This document shows positions 14,588 through 27,232 of a DNA stretch of 64,000 nt, piece after piece; positions within the stretch are counted from its first letter, which is position 1; each line of letters starts with the position of its first letter. The notes beneath the pieces were generated by a model. It ran no database searches and was not told the DNA's origin. It saw only the letters and a list, made by a program, of their open reading frames with translations. The translations under genes were made by a program, and so were the position numbers. This DNA is from Octopus vulgaris (Eukaryota), in the NCBI GenBank assembly GCA_951406725.2, contig OX597817.1:134788001-134852000 (forward strand), in the 5' to 3' direction.

Positions 14588-15403
14588 GCAATCACATACG
14601 TCAGGTATATTCCATATTTTGTAATTGATACATGGCTGTGACTATGTTCTGACAGGGAGTTCTTTACGCCCCACGCCCTTAATTAGCAACAATTAGTGAT
14701 ATTTGTATTATATTCCCATTTCGAATCAACCTTGGCCCTCAGAGTTTTTCACGCTGTTTAGGTCATTGTTTTCAAGATAGAGCAACACAGAATAATCTCA
14801 ACACTCCTCTGTTTTCATCGGTTGATTATTTTGGAAACAAACCTGCAAATCTGACACTAGGTGATGGAAACTGACATGGGTGTTAATTAATAGATAATGG
14901 AAAAATTAATTAGTTTTGCATATTTACTAAAACTCGAGTAGAAGTAACAGTTGAAGCAAAAAGAAACAATGAAACGTAGTGTGTGTGTGTGTGTGTGTGT
15001 GAGGGGGGTAAGTGTGTGAAATTGCACATACATATATATAAATATGTACATGCATACACATTTATTCAAGAAACTGGACTAAACAAGCTTGAATTACAAA
15101 ACATGTCAATTGTTTTGTGCAGTGGTAACAGGTGTTAGTTACTTTGTTTCCCGTATCACAATATTGAATAAATTAATCTATACATACGTAAATAAATTCA
15201 AATAAATAAATGAAAATAAGTAAATACAAATAAATAAATACAATCCGGTAGCAGCTGTGTACCGCCACGTCATCAGGTGGTTTGCTTTGAAAATACTATT
15301 TATTATTAGAGTTCTACATGTATATCCAGCTCAAGGAATAACCTTGAATAACCGATAACCGCATAGAAGCTTGTAAATGCATGTTATAGGGTTATTAAAT
15401 ATA

Positions 15404-15506
<103 letters not shown>

Positions 15507-15584
15507 ATAAATATTAGGGAATACATCCAAATTTACAGGGAAAAAATCAGATTTAGGATTAAATCCAATTTTATAGTAAAATAT

Positions 15585-15742
15585 TATATAATATTAATTC
15601 GAGACAAAACCAGTATTTTGCAAAACAAACAAGGAAAGACTTAATCAATTGTAGTGGCGGTTTATTTCTTTATATTAAAATTTTTTATGTATTGATTAAG
15701 TCTTTCCTTGTTTGTTTTGCAAAATAGTGGTTTTGTCTCGAA

Positions 15743-15755
<13 letters not shown>
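15585..15755. repeat. 65-bp inverted repeat (15585-15649 / 15691-15755) in an insert flanked by (TA)n
   Basis: Arms are reverse complements with one mismatch; 41-bp spacer. Confidence 0.9.
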
Positions 15756-15818
<63 letters not shown>

Positions 15819-15920
15819 ATAACGGGAAGCTTTATGAAAATAGACAAAAGACGAAGGCAGGTGGAATACAAACAAACAATTGTATTAGTATGGCGCTCAG
15901 GAAATATAAATGAAACAAGT

Positions 15921-15956
15921 CTTTAACGTTTCGAGCCTACGCTCTTCAACAGAACG
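15921..15956 (-). ncRNA. Minimal HHR-like variant (CUGUYGA core); second copy at 26939-26974 (-)
   Basis: TT-CTGTTGA-AGAGC-GTAG-GCTC-GAAAC-GTT-AAAG, and CTTT-CTGTCGA-AGAGCGTAGGCTC-GAAG... in the second copy. Core A6 is replaced by U. Confidence 0.45.
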
Positions 15957-16138
15957 ATACACAGAGAAAAAAAACACAGAAAGGAGAGAAAAAAATATGC
16001 GTGCAAAAGCTAGCGAATCAACATGGCGATCTGATTTCGGCCAGAAGTCAAAGATCAAACATGAGACGCAAGAGCGAAATTAGGGGAGATAATAGGGTTG
16101 AATGACCCCGCTCAAACATAAGAGTGTGTGTGTGTGTG

Positions 16139-17080
16139 TAGGAGCACCAACAATTCGGCCTCTTTGAAAGTCCGATAGATCTGTCATTTTAATGAATTTT
16201 AATTACCTTTTTCTGATGATATCTGGAAAGAAACAGCAATTTTAGCATAACATATTAAGCAACACTAATAATAAATCAAAAAACATAAAAATAAGCAAGC
16301 TTGTGATGGTTTTACAGATATTTCAAAATTATGATGCTATGATGCTAGGTACTTCCATTATTTTGTCCAACTCCTGTATGTATATACAAATATATACTCC
16401 TCTCCTTCCTTCTCCCCCTCCTCTGCTCCTCTCCTTCCTTCTCCTCCCTCCCCCTCCTCTTCTCCCCTTTCCTTCTCCTCTTTATTTCTCCCCCTCCCCC
16501 TCCCCCTCTTCTCCTCTCTCTACACCACACCATACGACTTTATACATCACATCATATATACACCTCTGTGTATCTTTCTCTGTGTGTATGAGAAGACTGT
16601 GTGTGTGTGTATGAGAGAGTATTAGTGCGTATGAGAGGTCTAGACGTGTGTATGTATATATGATGTGATGTGTAAAGTCGTATGGTGTAGTGTAGAGAGA
16701 GGAGAAGAGGGGGAGGGGAGGGGGAGATGGGAGGGGGAGAAAGAAAGGGGAGAAGAGAAGGGGGAAGGGGAGGGGGAGAAGGAAGGAGAGAAGCAGAGGA
16801 GGGGGAGAAGGAAGGAGAGGAGTATATATTTGTATATACATACAGGAGTTGGACAAAATAATGGAAGTACCTAGCATCATAGCATCATAATTTTGAAATA
16901 TCTGTAAAACCATCACAAGCTTGCTTATTTTTATGTTCTTTGATTTATTATTAGTGTTGCTTAATATGTTATGCTAAAATTGCTGTTTCTTTCCAGATAT
17001 CATCAGAAAAAGGTAATTAAAATTCATTAAAATGACAGATCTATCGGACTTTCAAAGAGGCCGAATTGTTGGTGCTCCTA
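16139..17080. repeat. ~420-bp inverted duplication (16139-~16562 / ~16654-17080)
   Basis: Arms are near-identical reverse complements; mirrored ORFs 16303+ and 16482- in the track. Confidence 0.92.
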
Positions 17081-17975
17081 TGGCAGGCGCTGGCATAATG
17101 AAAACAGCTGAAATGTTTGGTGTATCAAGAAGTACTGTCTCAAAAGTAATGACACCCTTTAAGAAAGAGGGTAAAACCTCCTCATCGAAACAAAGCTCCG
17201 TAAGAAAACCCAAACTTTCAGATAGGGACCATCGGACTCTTACGTGAATTGTTGGAAAGAATCACAAGAGCACAGCTGCGAAAATTATTGCAGCTTTTCA
17301 TAACAACCTCGAGAACCCAGTTTCCACAAAAACCGTTCACCGGAAGCTGCACAAAGCCGGATTTCACGGGAGGGCTGCAATCAGAAAACCGCTACTTTCA
17401 AAATCAAGCGTTGCAAAGCGTTTAGAATGGTGCAAAAACCTACAGAATTGATCACTAGAGCAGTAAAAGAATGTTACTTCCTCGGACAAGTCATCCTTTA
17501 TCTCATTTCCGACCACCGGCCGAGTATACGTATGGAGACAGCCAACAGAAGCATTTGACCAGACTGCCTTCCTCCAACTGTTAAACACGGAGGAGGGTCT
17601 GCCGGTCTAATGGTTTCCCTTCATGGCAGAATTAATAGTCAAGACAATTTAAGCATTTTATCTGATCAAATTCATCATATGATTGTGGAACTGCTTCCGG
17701 AGTAAAACGCAATCTTTCAGGATGATAATGCACCAATTCACACAGCTAAAATTGTTATTGAATGGCACAAAGAACATTCTAGTGAAGTTGAACTTCTTAG
17801 CTGGCCACCACAGAACCCATATCTCGATATTATTGAACATTTATGGTGCAATTTAGAAAAACAAGTAAGGAGTCGACAACCTCCACCATCATCACTACAA
17901 GAACTGGAGACTGTTTTAGCTGAAGCATGGACAGAAGATTCCTTTGGAAACAATTGAAACTTTGTACGAGTTCAT
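16843..17975 (+). mobile_element. Tc1-like DNA transposon, decayed transposase (DD36E spacing), right end missing
   Basis: TA|CAGGAGTTGGACAAAATAATGG left end. MTDLSDFQRGRIVG...FGVSRSTVSKV (HTH), SSDKSSF, IFQDDNAPIH...WPPQNPYLDIIEHLW, with stops and frameshifts. Confidence 0.88.
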
Positions 17976-18071
17976 AAATCACATACGCCACAGAAACCGG
18001 GAAACCGGGCCCATGAGGCTGGCTAGGCTTGAAAAGGGCACATAAATTTTTTTTTTTAATATATATATATA

Positions 18072-19385
18072 TTAGTAGAGATACCCGGCGTTGCTTGTGT
18101 TACATGCAATTCAAGAATTAGACTTTTCTGTTATATTTTCTGTAATGAACTGGAATATCAACGTTTCGAATTTCATCAAAATTGCAGATGAGGGTTATTT
18201 CCCTCTTTACACACCCTAAAAAATTGTAATCGAGCCACATGTATCCCATACTACTGACTTTTATGCGCATATTCCAGAATTCCAATCTTATTGAACCTGT
18301 TAAAAAGATTTTGCTCCTGAAAAATGAAGGCCATGGAGCTCTAAAATGTGAGAGTTAAGGCCCCTGCTGGGGATGGGCATCTTAATATCAACCAGAAAAG
18401 TTGAATTGTTGACAATCTTTTTAACTTGGGTTTTATATCTATTGTTTGAATTTCTTTGAAATAAGAAATATATGTTCACTGGGTTTGTAAAAGAGAGCAA
18501 AGCTACAGGAAACCAAAAAACGAATGATCACAATAAGCAGTCAGCTACCCTACCCTAGTCGTTACCACTCCCAAAGTAGGATTCCTTACCATCAAGGTGA
18601 CAGGCACAACCGTAAGATGCATTACGAATCTATAGCAGTTGGAAGGGCGTGACCCAACTGAAATAAACCTTAACAGCTGTGTGACGTGTGGGCTAAGGAG
18701 AAATGAAAGTGTCACCTCTGGAGTTTGCAAATGACCACTATACTGATACGTAACTGGACAGAATAAATTTGCAATCTATAAACGCCTTTGACTAACTAGT
18801 CACTCATCTGGGAAGGCCTCGAAATCAATGTTACCATATGGGGACTACGTGTGACCCAGTGTTAAAAAAAAGACTGAAAGGAGGTCTGTAATCAAATAAC
18901 TTTACTCAACACTTTGCAACCGAATCAGTGGAGGCAAAGATGCCTCTCATTTACTTGACAATTTATGCACCACATTGCAGAAATCACAATGTAAGTGTAT
19001 GTGAAAGCAAACTGTTACACTGTTGCACCATTGAATTACAAATAATGCTCAACTTTTATGCTCGGGTAATCCTACAGCTTCCAAGAGCACAACGGTATTC
19101 GTTTTTGCTTAGATAAAATTGCAAAATTGTGGGTGTTACGTCCCCATGGAGGGGTCTTTCTAGCTTGTAAGAAAATGAAATTTTAGAAATATTACTTCAT
19201 TTGTGTCTAATATCTATGGTTAAAATTTCATCAACAGGAAAATTATATGAATTATCATGGGGGTTATGGCCTTTATGCATAGAATATAATTTCCAAATTT
19301 CATAAAGATCCATTCAGTACTTTTGACCTAGTTTTGGATCATAAAAAATGACTAAAATTTGGGAGTTAAGGCTCCCATTAGGGTG

Positions 19386-19419
<34 letters not shown>

Positions 19420-19702
19420 AAATTGAGTGGGCAAACAAAAATATGAGACACAGCCTAGTGCTTTTTTATGTTGATAAGACTAGTATTTATTCTATGAGTT
19501 TGTTCTTGCGAAACCAGTAAGTTATGGGGATGTAAATAAATGAACAGCAGTTTTGAAGCAGTGATGAGGGCGAAACACAGAGACAAAGAAACACACATAC
19601 ACTTACATATATACATACATATATATATACGATTGATTTGTTTCAGTTCCTGTCTACGAAATCCATCTATATATATATATATAGATAGATAGATAGATAG
19701 AT

Positions 19703-19753
<51 letters not shown>

Positions 19754-20203
19754 TAGATATATTTATACACAAACACACACACACACAAAAATAAATTGAT
19801 AGATACAACTGAGTTGGCAAACAAAAATATGTATATATGTGTATAGATATATGTGTACTTATTACATCTTCTCCACTATTTCAGTATTACGTGTTAAAAG
19901 TGAAACAAAAACATTTCTCTATTTTATGTCAGATACTTTCACTTTAACAATAAAAATTAGAGATAATAATAACAATTGAATTATATGTAGTAAGTAAGAA
20001 TTAAAATCAAACTAAAGTATAATGATATTGCTATGGGCTCGCTCTAGGCAAGAAGTTGAACATTTTCTTTTGCCCATGAAACTACATGCGCCCTAAGTAA
20101 GGCATGTGTAAAATTTGAATGAAATTGGTCGAGTAGTTCTCAAGTTTTAGGGAAACACACAGACAGACAGACACACATTCTCAGTTTTATATATATAGAG
20201 ATA
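18072..20203 (+). mobile_element. Probable non-autonomous Helitron/HINE-like element (interrupted)
   Basis: 5' TTAGTAGAGATACCCGGCGTTGC, internal AATTTCAT(C/A)AA repeats, 3' AAATTTGAATGAAATTGG...(GACA)n...TTTTATATATATAGAGAT. A similar end lies on - at ~43500-43590. Confidence 0.45.
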
Positions 20204-20516
20204 TATGTGACAATTATTCGGTTGCCATAATAAAACTCCGAGTTTCGGCAACCGAATAATCGTCACATATATATACATGTACACACCCACCCACCCACAC
20301 ACACACACATATATATATATATGTGGGGTGGTGTTCATGTATATATATGTGACGATTATTCGGTTGCCGAAACTCGGAGTCTTATTATGGCAACCGAATA
20401 ATTCTCACATATATCTCTATATATATATATAATACTGAGAATGTGTGTCTGTCTGTCTGTGTGTTTCCCTAAAACTTGAGAACTACGCAACCAATTTCAT
20501 TCAAATTTTACACATG

Positions 20517-20519
<3 letters not shown>
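20100..20519. repeat. Nested palindrome: outer arms 20100-20279 / 20336-20519, each containing a 26-bp-stem hairpin
   Basis: Direct reverse-complement reading; inner hairpin 20201-20226 / 20247-20272. Confidence 0.9.
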
Positions 20520-20585
<66 letters not shown>

Positions 20586-21214
20586 GTAAATACTGGTTTA
20601 GGAAACTGAGAGAAGAAATCTTTGCTTATACATATATCCCCATAATGCAGATTATTTCTTTTATTAACTTTCCGTGGTACTTTGAGTCGTAACAGACAGT
20701 CGTAGCAGACTGATATGGGAAGCCACAGAATGCACCATTTTTAGGTTCGCCAACTTAAGCGAACTTAGGGTTAACACAACATATTTTATCCGTGTCCACA
20801 GCAAAGCAAAATTCTCCCAATTTGTAACGTTTTAAGGAACAGATCTTTCCAAGGAATCGATTTCCAATACTTGAGCCAAACATAATTGACAGAAGTCAGG
20901 GATGGGAGTTAAAAAGCAATGTGGACAATGGAAAGACATGAAATTAGTTCATTTGGGAACAAAATGAAGCTGGAGCACTTTAGAATGCTGTTCTTACACT
21001 TCTCTGAACAGATCGTTAATTACAAATCTCTCAAATGAAACCAATTGTCTGCTGTATCCAATACGTCGTCAATAATGTAATAACTGACAATGTGTTGATT
21101 AATATTTTTTCATACTTCTCAATAGAATTAAACGGATAATATTTACACGGTAGATAATGAAATGGGATTCAGTTCGTTTCATATCCGTCCTGACAATCAT
21201 CCATCCATCCATTC

Positions 21215-21274
<60 letters not shown>

Positions 21275-21350
21275 GCACATTAATACAAACAGACCAACAG
21301 ACAGTGAGATACACACTCACAAATGTCTGTATGTATATATGTATGTATGG

Positions 21351-21390
<40 letters not shown>

Positions 21391-21436
21391 TTATAGATAG
21401 ATAGATAGATATACATACGTATATAGGGGAATGTGT

Positions 21437-21498
<62 letters not shown>

Positions 21499-21508
21499 GT
21501 ATATACTT

Positions 21509-21539
<31 letters not shown>

Positions 21540-21671
21540 AATATATACAAACGTGTGTAGCAAGGCACATATGCATGTATGTGTACACTGTCTGTGCTCG
21601 GACTGTTGTGTCGTTTATATAAAGATAATTTCAATATATGTGTGTGTACATACACACATATATTAATGTGT

Positions 21672-21731
<60 letters not shown>

Positions 21732-22358
21732 ACATGTGTGTTTTTATGTGTATCTGTGAATGGGTGTCTGGGAGTGTGCGCGTGTGCGTACATAAAATAG
21801 AAAATTATAAGTAAAAACCAAAATAACACTGACTTCATTACGCGATTCAGCAATAATGAAATTGTTAGCCGCCATTTAAAGGTCTCTCCGCCATCACTGT
21901 AGAAACGTCTGTTTACTTTTCGGTTTTACTATGTTCACTGAACTTGCCATTAGTGGCTATTGTGTTACCGTAAAGGCTCACCCATAGAGGGAGTTTTTGT
22001 TTACCAATTGCTACTACATAGTGCAATTGGTATAGCGCTATTGTAGCGAAGCGGATGGCCATGGTGGCTTCATGCATCAAATCAGGCTTCATTTCAGTTT
22101 TCATCATGCTTACAAGTTGCATGCGTTTATCGTGGAAATGTTTGTCTACCTATAAACATAAGTTCGGTAGTAAGGATTTCACGGCGTGTAGGTGTACAAG
22201 CGCATTCCCTAAAATTTTGTGAGGGCAATGAAAACGCTTTGAGCATCTTCCTGAAAACTCCATTGCCATAAATATATGTGTGTGTGTGAGTTAAATAGAA
22301 TGAGACAAGAGAACCAAGGCTGTGTGGAATTTTCAAGACATTTATAAAGAGAAAGTTA

Positions 22359-22406
22359 GTCTTACAGCTGTTTCTGGGATTTAAGGGATATCCCTTCATC
22401 AGAGAC
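22359..22406 (-). ncRNA. Type-I minimal hammerhead ribozyme
   Basis: Minus strand GTCT-CTGATGA-A-GGGAT-ATCCCTTAA-ATCCC-A-GAAAC-AGCT-GTA^AGAC. Lies in a PLE-UTR-like segment (~22290-23020). Confidence 0.8.
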
Positions 22407-23067
22407 GACGTGAGATGGTCACATAGAGAGAAATAGTAGAGTTCAATATATGGAGCTGTTTGGAAAAGGATGGAAATAAGAAGTATAACGTGAAATGAGA
22501 GAATAAAAGTAAAAATAAATGTAGGATGTTATAATTGCAGTTCCATTATCCAAGGAAAGTGGCATGACGAAGTAGCATAAATGCTTCTTGTGCATGGTAT
22601 ATAAATTCTGATAGGAGTTCATATGTTGTCATTACAAATCGAAAGTGTAAGGACGTAGATTCCATGTGCTGTTCATTCAAAGGGGCCTTGTGGTATGAAT
22701 GAAACATTAAGAATGTAGTGGTAGTATTAAGAGGAGAGAAAAGATGTGTGTGTTAAAATGAGGACAATAGTCAAAAGGAATAGTTGAGGAAAGAAGAAAG
22801 AAAAAAGTCAAAATATTATGAGGGGATGACTGAGTTCTAGGCGAGTGATAGGAAGAGATAAGAATGTAAGGAATGAATACGTTGGTTGATATGTTTGAAA
22901 GGCACTAAGGTGGAGGCATGGGTACAGAATAGGGTATAGGGGATAGGGTTTACTATAGGGAATAGAAAACCTCGAAAAGAAAGGAAGAATAAAAAGATAT
23001 GGTAAAGTTTCTAAAAATAGACAGATGTATTTATTGTACAGGCTGATGTAATATATATATATTCTGG

Positions 23068-23460
23068 TGTGGCTGTGTGGTAATAAGCTTGCTTGCCAAC
23101 CACATGGTTCTGGGGTTCAATCCCACTGCGTGGCATCTTCGGCAAGTGTCTTCTAATATAGACTCGGACCGACAAAAGCCTTGTGAGTGGATTTGGTAGA
23201 CGGAAACTGAAATAAGCCCGTCGTATATTTATGTTTATATATATGTATGTAAGTATGTATTTGTTATTTGTGTCTTTGTTTGTTGTTATACTATCACTTG
23301 ACAACCGATGTTGGTGTGCTTACGTCCCCATCACTTAGAAATTCGGCAAAAAGACCCATCAGAATAAATACTAGGCTTACATTTGTTCGACTAAAGCTGG
23401 TGCTGCTGTATGTTCGCAGTCAAATGTCTGAAACAAGTAAAAGAATAAAAGAATCAAAGA
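23068..23460 (+). mobile_element. tRNA-derived CORE-like SINE, family A, with internal microsatellite
   Basis: GGCTGTGTGGTAA...GGTTCAATCC...GGCAAGTGTCTTCTA...GGAAACTGAAA...(TA/TG)n...TGAAACAAGTAAAAGA. Other copies at 25840-26258 (+), 39178-39600 (-), 42213-42780 (+), 49768-50127 (+), 52275-52460 (-), 53360-53540 (-), 60740-61255 (-), 61300-61470 (-). Confidence 0.8.
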
Positions 23461-23510
23461 ATATATATATATACACAAACACACATACACACACACATAT
23501 ATATATATAT

Positions 23511-23605
<95 letters not shown>

Positions 23606-23919
23606 TGGCATCCTCTTGTCTCGGAAGACAATAGAGTTACGCATAAACTAATCCAGTCTGGTTTTTACATTTCTTGTCCTATCGAGTTTTTAGCAGGACT
23701 GGGCTAGATGTAAGAAAATCGTCAGGATTCCTCTCTCTACTTTGCTGACGTAGTCCAAAGGAGTGGAGAGCATTACGTTTGGCACCAGCTTGGTTGCTGG
23801 AGCTGCCGGAAGAATGTCGAGTCGAACACTAATCACCTATGGGGCTCTACTCCGGTTTTCTTTCAAGGTTGTCTCCTTTCCGTAACTGGGTATGTATGTA
23901 TGTATATATATTAGAGCGT

Positions 23920-24306
23920 GTGGAGGCGCAATGGCCCAGTGGTTAGGGCAGCGGACTCGCGGTCATAGGATCGCGGTTTCGATTCCCAGACCGGGCGTTG
24001 TGAGTGTTTATTGAGCGAAAACACCTAAAAGCTCCACGAGGCTCCGGCAGGGGATGGTGGTGATCCCTGCTGTACTCTTTCACCACAACTTTCTCTCACT
24101 CTTACTTCCTGTTTCTGTTGTACCTGTATTTCAAGGGACCGGCCTTGTCACTCTCTGTGTCACGCTGAATATCCCCGAGAACTACGTTAAGGGTGCACGT
24201 GTCTGTGGAGTGCTCAGCCACTTACACGTTAATTTCACGAGCAGGCTGTTCCGTTGATTCGGATCAACCGGAATTCTCATCGTCGTAACCGACGGAGTGC
24301 TTCCAC
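23920..24306 (+). mobile_element. Young tRNA-derived SINE, family C, copy 1
   Basis: A box TGGCCCAGTGG, B box GGTTTCGATTCC. TSD ATATTAGAG (23908-23916 / 24307-24315). Near-identical to copies 2 and 3. Confidence 0.9.
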
Positions 24307-26263
24307 ATATTAGAGGATAAAAATAGGAAAAACTATATCATAAATATCACAGTAGATATACGTCCATAATTTAAACAATATTGTATTAATAAATAAATAT
24401 ATACATTATAACTATGATTATTTTAAAAGATTTGCGTGATCTTACTATCGTTTCATGAATATACTTCCTTTCGAAATGAAATCCAAAGTTGATAACCATT
24501 TTCAGGAAGTATATCCACTCTTCAGAGAAAAGGATGAAGTGTAGTAAATCGAATGATAGAGATGTTATTTCAAATCGTATGAGAAAGGCGTTGTTTAAAA
24601 ATTTATTTGTATATATCTGTATCAATAACTTTTCAAACAACACCTTTATCACATATATGCACACACACACGCACATAGACTTTTACAAAGAAAACATTGA
24701 TTGTGACTTCGACGCTTCGGCTTCCTCGACTTCATCAGGCTGTCTATTTAAGAATCTGCTACGTTGAGACAAAAAAAAATTAGTAAAGAATCCTATATAA
24801 TTTCTGTGTCGAAGGAACTGACTGATTATTGTAGGAAGGAAACCAGATTGAATAACATTGGAGCAACTGAGATAATAAGATTCCTTCCTGAAGGGGCAAC
24901 CTTGTAGGGTCATACCACAGGTGTCAATGAGATTGTTTTTTTTTTCGGGGGGGGGGTTGAAGGGTTAAGTGCAAAATAAAGTATCTGCCTGATGAACAAA
25001 GTACCACCTCTTACGTGAATCGAACTGAGGATCTAAGTATCATGAACCGAACACCCCACACCACGTGCCTTCACGCATACGACATGCACACACGCACACA
25101 CACACACACCACACACACACATACATACACACATTCACACAGGTACACTGATTCTATGCAAGTGGTTTCACCCCAATCTGTCGACGTTGATGGATTCCTC
25201 GTCCAGTTCAATGGAACACTACACTGTCTCACTTCCTCTGGAAACCTATCGCTGGAACATTATTGAGACAGAAATAAATGATAAATGAAGTGCGAGGATT
25301 TCATGCATATTTATGAAGGGAAATGAAATCGAGTTGTTGACTGTCGTCGACGTCAACGTCGTAATTGAAGTTCAATAAGTCAAAGTGTTAATGGAAACCA
25401 GATCGTAGCGCGGTTTCCTAGTAGCTTTACTCCAGGTTACTGTGGTCAGCACATATTAAAATGCAGTGAAATAGCAGTGAAAGCTCATTTGAAAGTTTTC
25501 CTGAAGTGATTAATAAGTCTACGGCGATAATATCTGTGGCATTCAGCAGAGGAGAGATTGAATATTTCATGGGGTTATTTATACTGAGAATTCTAGCTAG
25601 AATATTCCAGCTAGAATACAACAGATCTACCTACAATATTCTAGAGTATATTAAGAAAAGCCGGCGTGGAATATTATTGGATAAGTGTATCTAGTATTCT
25701 AAGGGAAAATTTGGTTCCTTTTTTTTTTCCCCTGTCTACATTAAAGTAGTATAAATACGGTAGACGTTTAGTTCTATTTTATGTTTAATTCATGAACGCA
25801 GTGACGGCTGAACATTTTTGTATGAAAATTAAAACCTAATGGCTCCTGTGCAACAGCTTACTTACCAACCACATGGTTCCGGGTTCAGTCCCACTGCATG
25901 GCACCTTGGACAAGTGTCTTCTAATATAGCCTCGGGCCAACCAAAGCCTTAGGAGTGGATTTGGTAGACGGAAACTGAAAGAAGCCCGTCGTATAATTAT
26001 ATATTTGTGTGTGTGTGTGTGTATGTGTGTGTGTATGCTTGTGTGCCTGTGTTCGACCTCCCACCCACCATCGCTTGACAACTAATGCTAGTGTATTTAC
26101 ATCCCCGTAACTTAGCGGTTCGGCAAAAGACGCTGATAGAATAAGTACTAGGCTTACAAAGAATAAGTCCTGGGGTCCATTTGTTCGACTAAAGGCAGTG
26201 CTCCAGCAGTCAAATGACTGCAGTCAAATGACTGAAACCAGTAAAAGAATAAAAGAACATATC

Positions 26264-26487
26264 CCGTAATCCCTCGACTTTCGCGAGTATTACGTTCCAA
26301 ACCCCGACCCCGCCATAGGTGAAAATCCGCGAAGCAGAAACAATACTGCACTGTATATTTTTTTCATTATTTTTATAATTTGCATATATTTATTTCATTA
26401 TAAATGCAAAAAACACCACAGAGGAATCGACGTAAACTTAAGTAATAAACCGCGATAGGTGAATCGCAATATGGCGAGGGATTACTG
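26264..26487. mobile_element. pogo/Tigger-like MITE
   Basis: TIRs C(C)GTAATCCCTCG / CGAGGGATTACTG followed by TA; subterminal ATAGGTGAA repeats. Confidence 0.65.
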
Positions 26488-26753
26488 TAGTCGAGAGGCG
26501 AGCGTTCAGCAATCTCTTGCTGAGCAACCTGCGCAGACGAACTGCTTGTACTTTACATTAACACATTATCGTCAACAAATCGACCTTCTCTACGCAGGGA
26601 CAAGGTCTGCCACACGTCAGATGCCGAAGTGATCGCAGTGCGTAATGAAGAGAACTGTTTTTCCCGAAGAACTCAATGCACCTCCTGGTCGGGGAATCGA
26701 AATCACTATCTTGCGGTAGTGAGTGCAACACCGAAATCACTAAGCCGCACGAC

Positions 26754-26817
<64 letters not shown>

Positions 26818-27142
26818 CGTATACGTAAGTACACACACAAACGCGCGTATATACATATACACAAAAACCCAAAAAACGAAGACGGGTGTATAAACAAAAA
26901 ACAGATGTATTAGTTTAACGCACGGGAAGTGAGAAAGTCTTTTGCGCTTCGAGCCTACGCTCTTCGACAGAAAGGAATACAGAAAGAAACAGGGTGAGAA
27001 AATAGAAAATAGAAAAATATTTAGTAGATAGCGATCTATCATATATATATGTATGTGTGTGTGTGTATGTGCGTGTGCGTGTGTGTGTGTGTGTGAAGCT
27101 TAATTGTGTTTATCTGAACCACTACCTGCGTATTAGATCATC

Positions 27143-27232
<90 letters not shown>

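Noticed and set aside
18158-18180. TTGATGA-AATT-CGAAACGTT (-) resembling an HHR core
   Set aside because: Part of the AATTTCATCAAA motif of the Helitron-like repeat; no stem I.
21840-22270. Possible Helitron helicase remnant (-)
   Set aside because: Only vague motif similarity; no clear Walker A or other helicase motif could be read.
23920-24000. tRNA gene
   Set aside because: tRNA-like head of a SINE: no proper acceptor stem, followed by SINE body and TSD.
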